64,000 nucleotides of DNA from an uncultured Acidobacteriota bacterium (GCA_963797625.1 CAWCQI010000027.1:192774-256773), one strand, 5' to 3'; shown: positions 47,284-59,064, counted from the stretch's first letter. The notes: generated by a model from the letters alone, not told the origin. A program made the numbers and translations.

Positions 47284-49764
47284 ATGCGACCAAATAGTGT
47301 TGGTTTTGCGGCAGCCCTTCTGCTCATGCTGCCCATGGCCGCTCCGGTGGTGCAGGCGCAACGAGCGTCGGGGCTCGCGGCTCCCAGCAGCGGATCGAGC
47401 GAGCCAGCCAACGGCCGCCTCGAGCTGACCGTCGACAGCATCATGCGCGGACCTGACCTCGTCGGTTATCCGCCAACCGGGCTCCGATGGGCTGCCGACT
47501 CCCAGAAGCTCTACTTCGATTGGCGTAAACCGGGCGAGGACAAGGCACACCCCTACGTCGTCGGACGGACGGGCGGATCGCCGCGCAAATTGTCCGAGGA
47601 CGAGGCGAAGAGCATTCCACCCTCGGCCGGCGGTCGCTGGGACAAGGCGCGCCGTCGCGTCGTCTTTGTAGACGGCGGCGACATCGTCATGGTTGACGCG
47701 GTCGCGGGCGTCCGCCGTCAGTTGACGAAAACGGCAGGTGCCGAATCGAATCCCCGCTGGGCGCGCAACGACACGCACGTCGCCTGGACGCGCGACGGCA
47801 ACCTCTTTATCGCGCCGGTCGATCCAGGAGCCTCGACGCTCCTGACACAGTTGACCGACGTCGCGCCCCGCCGGCCCGAGCCCCGGCTGACCGACAGCCA
47901 GCGGTTCATTCGCGACGAAGAAGAGAAACTCATCGACTTTGTCGAAAAACAGAAGGCCGAAAAGAAGAAGACCGAGGACGAGCAGAAGAAAGACCGGCTT
48001 CCGAGCCTCGAGCTCCAGGAACGGCAATCGGCCGTCGACCTGATGCTCTCACCCGACGACACGCACGTGTTCGTGGTGATTGCCGAGCGCGCCGTCGGCG
48101 TCAAGCCGACGATCGTTCCGAACTACATCACCGAAACCGGATATACCGAGGACATCCCGGCGCGATCCAACGTCGGCGACTCGCAGGAACGCCGGCTGCT
48201 CGCCGTGTTGAATATCAAAACGGGGAAGACCGCCTGGGCTGACGGAAGTTTTGCTCGACCAGGTCCAGCCGACGATGACAAGACGCCGACCCCTTCCGAT
48301 ATCTCCGCGTCCGAACGGCCCGCCCGCCCGTCCGGGCGGGAGCTTCGGTGGTCGATGCCGGTGGTCTCCGTCGACGGCACGCGCGTGATTGCGACGGCTC
48401 GTTCTGCAGACAACAAAGATCGCTGGCACGTGGTCCTCGACCCAGAAACCGGCAGCACGCGGGTCATCGACCTGCTGCACGACGATGCCTGGGTTCGCGA
48501 CGGGGTCGGTGGTGGAGGGCTCGCTGCTCCCGCCGTCGAGTTTCTCCCCGACGGCAAGCAGATCTGGTTTCTTTCCGAACGTGATGGCTGGATGCATCTC
48601 TACACGCTCGACGTCTCGGTCGAGTCGGCCAAGGCGACGCAGCTGACGTCGGGCAAATGGGAAGTGACGTCGGCGGAGGTGGCGCGGGACGGCAAGCAGT
48701 TCTACATCACGACCAGCGAAGTCCATCCTGGCGAGCGGCATCTCTATCGGCTTCCGATCGAGGGTGGTCCGCGAACGAGAATCACGTCGATGGCTGGCTC
48801 GAATCAGGCGGAGATCTCGCCAGATGAATCGACGCTGGGCCTGGTCTTTTCTTACAGTAACAAGCCGCCCGAAGTGTTCGTGATGCCGAACACGGTGGGG
48901 GCGCAAGCCATCCAGATCACGACGACGCCAACCGAGGCCTGGCGCTCGTTCAAGTGGATCGATCCGAAGGTCATCACCTTCAAGGCGCGGGACGGCGCTG
49001 ATGTCTACGCGAGGCTCTTCACGCCAGAGATGATCGGCGCCCGGCGCGACCCGGCCCGGCCGGGGGTCGTGTTCGTGCACGGCGCTGGCTATCTTCAGAA
49101 CGCGCACAAGTACTGGTCGACCTATTTCCGCGAGTACATGTTCCATAACCTGCTGGCGGCTCGAGGGTATGTCGTGCTCGACGTCGATTACCGCGCGAGC
49201 TCGGGCTACGGCCGCGACTGGCGGACGGCCATCTACCGGTTCATGGGCGGGAAAGATCTCGAAGACATCGTCGATGGGGCGAAGTATCTGACGACCGCCG
49301 AGAAGGTGGATCCGAAGCGCATCGGCGTCTACGGCGGCAGCTACGGCGGCTTCATCACGCTCATGGGAATGTTCACGACGCCGGACGTCTTCGCCGCCGG
49401 AGCGGCGTTGAGGCCGGTGACGGACTGGGCGCACTACAACCACGGCTACACGTCGAACATCCTCAACAGTCCGCAGCGGGACGCGGAGGCGTATCGCAAG
49501 AGCTCGCCAATCTACTTTGCCGAAGGCTTGAAGGGGGCGCTCCTCATCTGCCACGGCATGGTGGATACCAACGTTCATTTCCAGGATTCGGTGCGGCTCG
49601 CGCAACGCCTGATCGAGCTGCGGAAGGAAAACTGGGAGCTCGCCGTCTACCCGGTCGAGAACCATGGGTTCACGGAAGAGACGAGCTGGGCGGACGAATA
49701 CAAGCGCATCCTGAAGCTATTCGACGACACGCTCCGGACCAGGAATGGGAAGGCGACCAGCTAA
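47284..49764 (+). CDS. S9 family serine peptidase (DPP-IV/prolyl oligopeptidase-like beta-propeller + hydrolase)
   Basis: Signal peptide; nucleophile GGSYGGF; CHGMVDTNV and ENHGF complete the triad. Confidence 0.8.
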   Translation: MRPNSVGFAAALLLMLPMAAPVVQAQRASGLAAPSSGSSEPANGRLELTVDSIMRGPDLVGYPPTGLRWAADSQKLYFDWRKPGEDKAHPYVVGRTGGSPRKLSEDEAKSIPPSAGGRWDKARRRVVFVDGGDIVMVDAVAGVRRQLTKTAGAESNPRWARNDTHVAWTRDGNLFIAPVDPGASTLLTQLTDVAPRRPEPRLTDSQRFIRDEEEKLIDFVEKQKAEKKKTEDEQKKDRLPSLELQERQSAVDLMLSPDDTHVFVVIAERAVGVKPTIVPNYITETGYTEDIPARSNVGDSQERRLLAVLNIKTGKTAWADGSFARPGPADDDKTPTPSDISASERPARPSGRELRWSMPVVSVDGTRVIATARSADNKDRWHVVLDPETGSTRVIDLLHDDAWVRDGVGGGGLAAPAVEFLPDGKQIWFLSERDGWMHLYTLDVSVESAKATQLTSGKWEVTSAEVARDGKQFYITTSEVHPGERHLYRLPIEGGPRTRITSMAGSNQAEISPDESTLGLVFSYSNKPPEVFVMPNTVGAQAIQITTTPTEAWRSFKWIDPKVITFKARDGADVYARLFTPEMIGARRDPARPGVVFVHGAGYLQNAHKYWSTYFREYMFHNLLAARGYVVLDVDYRASSGYGRDWRTAIYRFMGGKDLEDIVDGAKYLTTAEKVDPKRIGVYGGSYGGFITLMGMFTTPDVFAAGAALRPVTDWAHYNHGYTSNILNSPQRDAEAYRKSSPIYFAEGLKGALLICHGMVDTNVHFQDSVRLAQRLIELRKENWELAVYPVENHGFTEETSWADEYKRILKLFDDTLRTRNGKATS

Positions 49765-50336
49765 TGGACCAGGACGCGGTGCTCGATCTCTTTCGGAAGT
49801 CCGGCGCGCTGCTCGAGGGCCATTTCCGCCTCTCATCCGGCCTGCACAGCGATCGCTACCTGCAAAGCGCGCTCGTGCTCCAGTATCCGGAGTTCGCCGA
49901 CGCCCTCGGCCAGGCGCTGGCGGCGCGCACGCGCCACCTGCAGCCGACGGTCGTCCTCTCTCCGGCGCTCGGTGGCATCGTCATCGGCCAGGAAGTGGGG
50001 CGGGCACTCGGGGTGCGGTCGATCTTTGCTGAGCGTCAGGACGGCACGCTCGTGCTGCGGCGAGGATTCACGCTCGACGGGTCGGATCGCGTGCTCGTCG
50101 TCGAGGACGTGATCACGACCGGTGGCTCGACGCGCGAAACCGCGGCGGTGGCGGAGTCGTTCGGCGCCCTCGTCACCGGTGCCGCCGCGATCATCGATCG
50201 TGGCTCGGATCCGGCGCGGCTCAACATGCCGACCCAATCGCTCGTCCGCCTCGAAGTGCCGACCTACGCGCCCGAGGCCTGCCCGCATTGTGCCAAGGGA
50301 ATGGCGATCGTCAAGCCTGGCTCGAGGGCGTCGTAG
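49764..50336 (+). CDS. pyrE: orotate phosphoribosyltransferase
   Basis: LLEGHFRLSSGLHSDRYL, PRPP loop VLVVEDVITTGGS. The ATG shares a base with the upstream TAA stop. Confidence 0.8.
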   Translation: MDQDAVLDLFRKSGALLEGHFRLSSGLHSDRYLQSALVLQYPEFADALGQALAARTRHLQPTVVLSPALGGIVIGQEVGRALGVRSIFAERQDGTLVLRRGFTLDGSDRVLVVEDVITTGGSTRETAAVAESFGALVTGAAAIIDRGSDPARLNMPTQSLVRLEVPTYAPEACPHCAKGMAIVKPGSRAS

Positions 50337-50390
50337 TCGCCTGAGTGTCTTCGTGCCTGTCGTGAGCGTTGGGATCTTCGTGGATGAGCT

Positions 50391-51174
50391 GTGAGCCAGC
50401 GCACTCTGAGGCTGACGGTCGAATACGACGGCACGAACTACGTTGGCTGGCAGCGTCAGGCCGAAGGCGTATCGATTCAGGGACTGCTCGAGGAGGCGCT
50501 GCAGCCTTTCGAGGGCGAGCCGCTGACGGTGCACGGCGCGGGCCGAACCGATGCCGGAGTCCACGCCCTGGCCCAGGTGGCCAGCGTCCGGACGCGTACC
50601 CTTCATGATGTCCGCACGCTGCGCCGCGCGTTGAACGCAGTGCTCCCCACCGACGTGCGCGTCGTTTCTGTCGAAGACGCGCCTCCCGAGTTTCATGCGC
50701 GCTTCGATGCGGTCTCGAAGACCTACGCCTATCGGATAGCCAACGCTCCGGTCGTCTCGGCTTTCGAGCATCGCTTTGTCTGGCACGTCCCGGGCGCGCT
50801 CAACGTCGAGGCGATGCATCAGGGCGCGCAGGCGCTTCTCGGCCGTCATGACTTCGCGGCATTCCAGTCCAGCCGGCGGGGACGTCCACACCACGGAGCG
50901 CACGATCCTGTCGATTGCCGTGGAGCCAGAGCGGGGTCAGACCGGGGTCAGACCATGGTCTGACCCCGGTCTGACCCCGCTCGTCATTCGCGTGACCGGC
51001 GACGGCTTTCTGCGGCACATGGTCCGCTCGATCGCGGGCACGCTCGTTGACGTCGGCCTCGGCCGATGGCAACCGAGCGAGGTCGGCAGGATTCTGGCGG
51101 GCCGGGATCGCTCGCGCGCGGGCCGCGCCGCCCCGGCCTCGGGACTCTTTCTCGTCCGCGTCGACTATGTGTAG
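50391..51174 (+). CDS. truA: tRNA pseudouridine(38-40) synthase; +1 frameshift ~50873; carries an in-frame 54-nt palindrome
   Basis: LTVEYDGTNYVGWQRQ, GAGRTDAGVHA. ..HDFAAFQSS|GGDVHTTERTILSI..GDGFLRHMVR joins ORFs 50391-50963 and 50776-51174. Confidence 0.85.
50929..50982. repeat. perfect 54-nt palindrome, (GGGGTCAGACC)x2 arms, in codon register inside truA
   Basis: gagcggggtcagaccggggtcagacca|tggtctgaccccggtctgaccccgctc. Encodes ERGQTGVRPWSDPGLTPL on both strands; the same peptide appears in minus ORF 50800-51498. Confidence 0.9.
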
Positions 51175-51268
51175 CGGTTTTGCTTTATAATGCAAAGCTA
51201 GGCGCTCGCGCCTTGAAATGGCCCCGTAAGACTCTGTATTATCAGGATTTATTTGCCACGCTTGTCCG

Positions 51269-52054
51269 ATGGCGCTTGACGACTTCCTTTCCGCTCTGAC
51301 CTCCGGCTCCCCTGAAGAGGCGCTCGCCCGCCAGGTCGACTTCGACCGACTGCCGCGGCACGTCGCCGTCATCATGGACGGCAACGGCCGCTGGGCCGCG
51401 CAGCGCCATCTGCCGCGTGTCGAAGGCCACCGCGCCGGGATCGATTCGGTCCGCGAGGTCGTCGAAAGCTCGGCCCGGCTCGGCATCCAGGTGCTCACGC
51501 TCTATGCGTTCTCGGTCGAGAACTGGAAGCGGCCGGCGACGGAAGTCTCGACGCTGATGTCGCTCCTCAAGCGCTATCTCCGCCTCGAGCTGAACACGCT
51601 GCTGCGCAACAACATTCGCTTTCGCGTCATCGGCAGGGAAGAGGAACTGGCCCGCGACATCCGCGAAGAGTTGAAGGCGGCCGAAAGCAAGACCGCGGGC
51701 AACACCGGCATGCTCTTCAACATCGCCCTCAACTATGGGGGCCGGGCCGAGATTGTCGAAGCGACGAAGCGGCTGCTGGCCGCGCAGGTTCCGCCCGAAG
51801 AGCTCGACGAGCAGCGCTTCGCGGGTTTCCTCTATACCTCCGGGCAACCCGATCCCGATCTGTTGATTCGGACGAGCGGCGAGATGCGGATCAGCAATTT
51901 TCTGCTCTGGCAGATTGCCTACGCTGAGATCTGGGTCACCGACACGCTGTGGCCGGATTTCCGGAAGCGGGATCTGCTCGAGGCCGTTCTCGCCTACCAG
52001 AAGCGCGACCGCCGCTACGGCGGCATCAACAAGCCAGTGGTCGCGGGTCGCTGA
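51269..52054 (+). CDS. uppS: undecaprenyl-diphosphate synthase
   Basis: HVAVIMDGNGRWA, AFSVENWKRP, RTSGEMRISNFLLWQ. Confidence 0.9.
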   Translation: MALDDFLSALTSGSPEEALARQVDFDRLPRHVAVIMDGNGRWAAQRHLPRVEGHRAGIDSVREVVESSARLGIQVLTLYAFSVENWKRPATEVSTLMSLLKRYLRLELNTLLRNNIRFRVIGREEELARDIREELKAAESKTAGNTGMLFNIALNYGGRAEIVEATKRLLAAQVPPEELDEQRFAGFLYTSGQPDPDLLIRTSGEMRISNFLLWQIAYAEIWVTDTLWPDFRKRDLLEAVLAYQKRDRRYGGINKPVVAGR

Positions 52055-52845
52055 TGACCCGCGTGCTCAGCGCCGTGGCTCTCGCGGCGCTCGTTCTGGC
52101 GATCGTCAGCCTGCTGCCCCCGCACGCGACGCTGCTCCTGGCCGTGCTCGCGTCGGCGGTGGCGTTTGCCGAGTATGTCGACCTCGCCGCCGCGGTCGGC
52201 GCCCGGATTCCGATCATCCCGAGCGGCGCGGCAGTGGCCGCGGCATGCGTGTCGGTGGGCGGTGACGGCCCTCCACTCGAGCTCGTGTGCCTTGCCGCCG
52301 CGATCGTGATCGGGATCTGGATCGTCGCGCGCGGGCGGCCAGGTCCCGAAGTCCTGCGCGACGCCTCGGCCTCGCTCTTTCCGATCCTCTACATCGGGAT
52401 CCCGCTCGGGGCGCTGGCCGCCGTCCGATTCATCGGCGGACGCGATGCGACGCTGCTGCTGATTGGGACGATTGTGGTCAGCGATTCGGCGCAGTACTAC
52501 ACCGGGCGAGCACTCGGCCGGCACCGGCTCGCGCCGGCGATTAGTCCCGCCAAGACTGTTGAAGGTGCGATTGGCGGACTCGTCCTCGGGTCGGCCGCAA
52601 TGACCTACGGCGGCCTCGCGCTGTTCAAGGGCGTCAATCCCTGGTTGCTGCTCGCGACGTCGGTGGCGGTCGTGGCGCTCGGCATGGTTGGCGACCTGTT
52701 CGAGTCGCTCCTGAAGCGCAGCGCTGGCGTGAAGGATTCCTCGACGCTGATTCCCGGGCACGGCGGTGTCCTCGATCGGATCGACAGCTGGCTCTTTGCG
52801 GCGCCCGTTTTCTACGTCTTCGTCATGTATCTCCAGACCTCATGA
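52054..52845 (+). CDS. cdsA: phosphatidate cytidylyltransferase
   Basis: ATG 52054 overlaps the uppS TGA. Multi-TM protein with signature SLLKRSAGVKDSSTLIPGHGGVLDRIDS. Confidence 0.85.
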   Translation: MTRVLSAVALAALVLAIVSLLPPHATLLLAVLASAVAFAEYVDLAAAVGARIPIIPSGAAVAAACVSVGGDGPPLELVCLAAAIVIGIWIVARGRPGPEVLRDASASLFPILYIGIPLGALAAVRFIGGRDATLLLIGTIVVSDSAQYYTGRALGRHRLAPAISPAKTVEGAIGGLVLGSAAMTYGGLALFKGVNPWLLLATSVAVVALGMVGDLFESLLKRSAGVKDSSTLIPGHGGVLDRIDSWLFAAPVFYVFVMYLQTS

Positions 52846-54029
52846 AGCGAGTCGCGATCGTCGGATCCACCGGCTCGATCGGACAGAGCGCCCTCGCGGT
52901 CGTGGCCGCGCATCCCGATCGGCTGCGGGTCGTGGCATTGTCGGCTGGAGAGAATGTTCCCAGGCTCGTCGAGCAGGCTGCCCAGTACGCGCCCGACACG
53001 GTCGCCATGGCGACGGCTGCCGGCGTTGCCGAGCTCGAGGCTGGACTCCGGAGCGCTGGCGCGCCGCTTCCGGCGAGGACGGCATGCGGAGCAGAGGGGC
53101 TGATTGCCGTGGCGACGCATCCGGACGCCGACGTCGTACTCTTCGCTTCGTCGGGCACCGCGGCGCTCGACGCGGTCCTCGAAGCCATTGCCTGCGGGAA
53201 GTCCATTGCGCTCGCCAACAAAGAGATCCTGGTCATGGCCGGCTCGATCGTGATGGATCACGCCCGGAGGCGGGGCGTCACGGTGCTCCCGGTGGACAGC
53301 GAACACAACGCCATTCACCAATGCGTGCATGGGCGGGCAGCCGGCGAGATCCGCCGGCTCATCCTCACGGCGTCCGGAGGTCCGTTCCGGGAGTTCCAGG
53401 CCGATCGGCTCCAGCACGTCACGCCGGAAGATGCGCTGCGTCACCCGACGTGGCGGATGGGTCCGAAGATCACCATCGATTCGGCGACGTTGATGAACAA
53501 GGGACTCGAGGTCATCGAAGCGCACTGGCTGTTTGGCGTCGGGCCGCGTCAGATAGACGTGGTCGTCCACCCGCAATCGATCGTCCATTCGATGGTCGAG
53601 CTCGTCGACGGCTCGATCATCGCGCAGCTTGGCGTGACCGACATGCGCCTGCCCATCCAGTACGCATTTTCCTATCCGGAGCGCTGGAGCGCGCCGCTCG
53701 AGCCCCTCGACCTGACGCGGGCCGGCCGGCTCGAGTTCGAACCGCCCGACGAGGCCCGCTTCCCGTGTCTGGCGCTGGCGTTTCGGGCGCTCGACGGTAA
53801 CGTCGGGCTGCCGATCGTCTTGAACGCAGCCAACGAGGTGGCAGTGGCAGAGTTTCTGCAATCCCGTCTGGGTTTTACCTCGATCCCCGACGTCATCGCG
53901 CAGGCGATGGAAGCCTACGAACGGAGTGGCCCGTCGACGGTTTCGGGTCTGGATGACGTGCGGGCTATCGATCGGTGGGCTCGAGACTTCTCCTTTCGAC
54001 GGGCGCGGGGAGACCTGAGTGCCAGTTGA
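52842..54029 (+). CDS. dxr: 1-deoxy-D-xylulose-5-phosphate reductoisomerase
   Basis: VAIVGSTGSIGQS, LANKE, PVDSEHNA, HPTWRMG. Confidence 0.9.
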   Translation: MKRVAIVGSTGSIGQSALAVVAAHPDRLRVVALSAGENVPRLVEQAAQYAPDTVAMATAAGVAELEAGLRSAGAPLPARTACGAEGLIAVATHPDADVVLFASSGTAALDAVLEAIACGKSIALANKEILVMAGSIVMDHARRRGVTVLPVDSEHNAIHQCVHGRAAGEIRRLILTASGGPFREFQADRLQHVTPEDALRHPTWRMGPKITIDSATLMNKGLEVIEAHWLFGVGPRQIDVVVHPQSIVHSMVELVDGSIIAQLGVTDMRLPIQYAFSYPERWSAPLEPLDLTRAGRLEFEPPDEARFPCLALAFRALDGNVGLPIVLNAANEVAVAEFLQSRLGFTSIPDVIAQAMEAYERSGPSTVSGLDDVRAIDRWARDFSFRRARGDLSAS

Positions 54030-54069
54030 AGGTCGCGGCCGGATTGGCCAGTAAGGTAAAATCAACAGC

Positions 54070-55395
54070 GTGACGAGTATTCTCGCTTTCCTTTTTGTAC
54101 TCGGAGTACTAATTTTCGTCCATGAGCTCGGCCATTTCCTGATGGCCCGGCGGATTGGTGTCCGTGTCATCACGTTCTCGCTCGGCTTCGGTCCGAAGCT
54201 GCTGTCCTTCAAGCGAGGCGACACCGAGTACTGCATCAGCGCGATTCCGCTCGGTGGCTACGTCAAGATGGCGGGCGAGACGCCGGAAGACGCGCGGACG
54301 GGGTCGTCGGACGAGTTTCTCTCGAAGTCGAAATGGCAGCGGTTCCAGGTACTGGTGATGGGGCCGGTGATGAACCTGGCACTGGCCGTCGTCGTCATGA
54401 CGTTCGTCCTGTTGCAGGGCGCGCGGCTTCCGGCTTTCGAAGACAGCGCCGTGGTGATCGGCGGATTCGAGCAGAATTCGGTCGCCGAGGCTGCCGGTCT
54501 CCAGATCGGCGACCGCGTCATCAGCGTCGACGACAAAGAGGTTCCGACCTGGAAGAACTTCTTCATCGCGATCGCGACGCGAGCCAACCGTCCGGTGCGC
54601 CTGACGATCGAGCGCGACGGAAAACGGATTGAGCGTCAAGTCACGCCTGCCGCGATCGACAGGTTCGAGACCGGGGCGATTGGCGTGTTACCGGTGACGC
54701 ATCCGCAGATTGCCGAGGTTCGCAGCGGACAGCCCGGCGCCGAGGGCGGATTGCGCGGCGGCGACGTCGTCGATCGGGGCCGCAGGCGAAGCCAACGTCA
54801 ATCGAGCGCGGCTGATCGAGTTGATCCGCGCTCATGAAGGGAAGCAGCTTGCCGCTCGATATTATCGCGGGGGAAGCGCGAGTCGCGTTGACCCTCGTGC
54901 CGCGGCATCATCGATCGGCAGGTCATCATCGGCGCGACGATTACCGAGGCCGAGTTCAAGACCGTCGAGCCCGGCCCGGTCGAGGCCGTCAAGCTCAGCC
55001 TCAAACAGAACTGGGAGTGGACGACGCTGATTTTCGAGACGCTCGGTGGCTTGTTCACGCGTCAGACCTCCGTCAAGCAACTCATGGGTCCGGTCGCGAT
55101 TGCGGACTTGTCCGGGACGGCAGCGCAACAAGACAGCTGGATCCCTCTCTTCCAGCTGATGGCCATGATCAGCCTCAACCTCGGGCTCCTCAACCTCATG
55201 CCGATTCCGGTCCTTGACGGCGGGCATATCGCCATCCTGGCGCTCGAAGGCGTCTCGCGCCGTGACTTCAGCATGAAGGTCAAGGAAAAGATGCTGCTCG
55301 CCGGGTTCGTCCTGCTCCTGATGCTGATGGTCACCGTGATCTACAACGACCTCATGCGCATTCAGTGGATCGAAAGACTCGTGCCTTGGCGCTAG
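54070..55395 (+). CDS. rseP: RIP zinc metalloprotease (site-2 protease); three +1 frameshifts (~54771, ~54851, ~54905)
   Basis: HELGHF, two PDZ-like regions, NLMPIPVLDGGH. Path: ..GGDVV|IGAAGEANVNRARLIELIRAHEGKQL|PLDIIAGEARVALTLVPR|IIDRQVIIGATITEAEFK.. Confidence 0.85.
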
Positions 55396-56156
55396 GAGAG
55401 GTCGCTCGCCGAACGGCGCTCCTCTTCCTGTCGATACTCGCTATTCTCACAATCCATCCGCTGGCGGCTCAGGACGAGCGTTCACCGGAACCCGTCGCCA
55501 CATTCTCGATCCTCGGTTACGACCCGCAGACGGGAGAGGTCGGAGGCGCCGTCCAATCGCGCGTCTTCTCGGTTGGCAATGGCGTGCTCTGGGCCGAGGC
55601 CGACGTCGGCGTCGTCGCGACCCAGGCGATCGTCGACGTCAGCTACGGACCGCAGGCGCTGCAGCTCCTGAAGAAGGGCCAGAAGCCAGCCGATATCGTC
55701 AAGACGATCTGGGAGGGTGATCCCGATCCGGGGCTCCGCAACAATCCCTGGCCGAAGGCAGGTCGGCAGTTCGCCGTCATGGATGCCAAGGGAAACTACG
55801 CCGCCTTCACAGGTCCGAAGGCGACCGCTTGGGCCGGGAACAAAGGCGGAAAGTTCTGCACCGCTCAGGGCAACATCCTCGCGGGAGAGATTGTCGTCAC
55901 CAACATGGTGGACGCGTTCGAAAAGACCACCGGGCCTCTTTCCCTGCGGCTCATGGCCGCGCTCGACGCCGGCCAGGCCGGCGGCGGCGACACGCGCGGC
56001 ATGCAATCGGCGGCCATGCTGATCGTCAAGAAAAACGGCGGCGTGTGGCTTCACAACGACGTTGTCCTGCGCCTGCAGGTTGACGACAGCTCCGAGCCTC
56101 TCAAAGAACTCCGCCGCCTCGTCGAGATCCACGCGAAGCGGTTCGCTCCTCGATAG
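55365..56156 (+). CDS. DUF1028 family (Ntn-hydrolase-like) protein, secreted
   Basis: Signal peptide, then TFSILGYDPQTGEVGGAVQSRVFSVGNGVLWAEADVGVVATQA. Start at GTG 55365 or TTG 55386. Confidence 0.6.
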   Translation: MDRKTRALALGEVARRTALLFLSILAILTIHPLAAQDERSPEPVATFSILGYDPQTGEVGGAVQSRVFSVGNGVLWAEADVGVVATQAIVDVSYGPQALQLLKKGQKPADIVKTIWEGDPDPGLRNNPWPKAGRQFAVMDAKGNYAAFTGPKATAWAGNKGGKFCTAQGNILAGEIVVTNMVDAFEKTTGPLSLRLMAALDAGQAGGGDTRGMQSAAMLIVKKNGGVWLHNDVVLRLQVDDSSEPLKELRRLVEIHAKRFAPR

Positions 56157-56269
56157 ACTCCCTGCGCCGGCTTCGACCTCTCAATCGCTCGGCGGTCGCC
56201 ACCGCGGAGCATGCCCGTCGTCGCGACGGCTTGCCACCATTCATCTGTGACATCATTCAGGGTTCCCGC

Positions 56270-57622
56270 ATGCTTCCCTCCGTTCGCGATCTCAGACAGG
56301 AACTCCGGCCGATGGTCACGCTCGCGGCCCCTGTGGTCGTCGCGGAGATCGGCTGGGTCGCGATGGGGTTGGTCGACACGCTGATGGTCGGGCCTCTTGG
56401 GCCGGAAGCCATCGGCGCCGTGGGTGTCGGCAGTTCGCTCTTCATCGGCGTGGTGATCTTCGCGATGGGGATCCTGCTCGGCCTCGACACGCTGGTGTCG
56501 CAGGCCTACGGCGCCGGACGCATCGACGAGTGCCACCGATGGCTCGTGCACGGCGCCGTGCTGAGCCTGGTGGTCGCCGTGCCCGTCACGCTCCTGCTCG
56601 TCGGTCTCTCCGCCGTTCTTGCCGGTTGGGGTCTCGATCCTTCGGTCCTGGTCCTGACGCGACCGTACCTGGATGTCGTGACCTGGAGCGTGCTACCGCT
56701 CCTGCTGTACGCGACGTTCCGTCGCTATCTCCAGGGCATGGGCGTCGTGCGGCCGGTCATGATTGCGCTCGTCACGGCCAACATCACCAACGTGATCGTC
56801 AACTGGGTACTCATCTACGGCAAGCTCGGCGCGCCGGCGATGGGCGTGCGCGGGGCCGCGTGGGCCACGGTACTCTCGCGCGTGGTGATGGCGGCGTATC
56901 TCCTGGGCACAATCGTCGCGCGCGAGCGTAGCCGTCGGCCTGGCCTGTTCGAGACGCCGCTCGCGATCGAGTGGTCGTGGATACGGAGGCTGCTGAGGCT
57001 CGGGGTGCCAGCGGCGTCGCAAATCACGCTCGAGGTCGGCGTGTTCGCCGCCTCAACGGCGCTCGCGGGACGACTGGCGCCGATCGCGCTCGCCGCGCAC
57101 CAGATCGCCATTCACATCGCCGCGCTGTCATTCATGGTCCCGCTCGGGATTTCGTCGGCGGGCGCGGTGCGCGTCGGCCACGCGGTCGGGCGCCGCGACC
57201 CGGCCGGAGCCGCGCGCGCGGGATGGACGGCGCTGGCGCTCGGCGCGGTCTTCATGGCTTGCACGGCCGCCGCATTCGTGCTGTTTCCGAGGGCGCTGAT
57301 GGGCGGCTTCACCCGCGACGAAGGTGTCCTCAGCCTTGGGGTCTCGCTCCTTGCCGTCGCCGCGGTCTTCCAACTCTTCGACGGAATCCAGGGCGTCGCC
57401 ACCGGAGTACTCCGCGGCCTCGGCGACACGCGCACGCCAATGATCTGGAATTTGATCGGCCACTGGTTCATCGGCCTGCCGACCGGCTATTTCCTGTGCT
57501 TCGGCCTCGGGCGAGGCGTGGTGGGTCTCTGGTGGGGCCTGTCGATCGGCCTCATCATCTGCGGCGCTGTATTGCTGGTGGTGTGGTCGCGCCGAATCCG
57601 CGCGCTGAAAGCCGAACCCTGA
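56270..57622 (+). CDS. MATE family efflux transporter
   Basis: 12 predicted TM helices. N-terminus LRPMVTLAAPVVVAEIGWVAMGLVDTLMVG. ATG 56270 preferred over the ORF opening at 56231. Confidence 0.8.
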   Translation: MLPSVRDLRQELRPMVTLAAPVVVAEIGWVAMGLVDTLMVGPLGPEAIGAVGVGSSLFIGVVIFAMGILLGLDTLVSQAYGAGRIDECHRWLVHGAVLSLVVAVPVTLLLVGLSAVLAGWGLDPSVLVLTRPYLDVVTWSVLPLLLYATFRRYLQGMGVVRPVMIALVTANITNVIVNWVLIYGKLGAPAMGVRGAAWATVLSRVVMAAYLLGTIVARERSRRPGLFETPLAIEWSWIRRLLRLGVPAASQITLEVGVFAASTALAGRLAPIALAAHQIAIHIAALSFMVPLGISSAGAVRVGHAVGRRDPAGAARAGWTALALGAVFMACTAAAFVLFPRALMGGFTRDEGVLSLGVSLLAVAAVFQLFDGIQGVATGVLRGLGDTRTPMIWNLIGHWFIGLPTGYFLCFGLGRGVVGLWWGLSIGLIICGAVLLVVWSRRIRALKAEP

Positions 57623-57650
57623 ACCTCTGAACCCTGTGAACCCTGAACCA
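57614..57650. repeat. four CTGAACC-type units filling the convergent MATE/ispG spacer
   Basis: gaaccctgaacctctgaaccctgtgaaccctgaacca. Includes the MATE stop codon. Confidence 0.7.
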
Positions 57651-57657
57651 GCCTGGG

Positions 57658-58887
<1,230 letters not shown>

Positions 58888-59064
58888 GTCGATAACTCAT
58901 TCGATCATAGCAAGTTCTTCGGCTTGCGGTTGGGCTTGCGCCAACAGCCCGGCGTCACTTTTGCACCACCAGGGCTAAGTCGGGGCCGCGTGCCCGGTAC
59001 CGGCTGAACAGGAGGCGCTGACGTCTATGGCAATAGGGCGCCTCAGCAAACAGGTGAGGATTCG

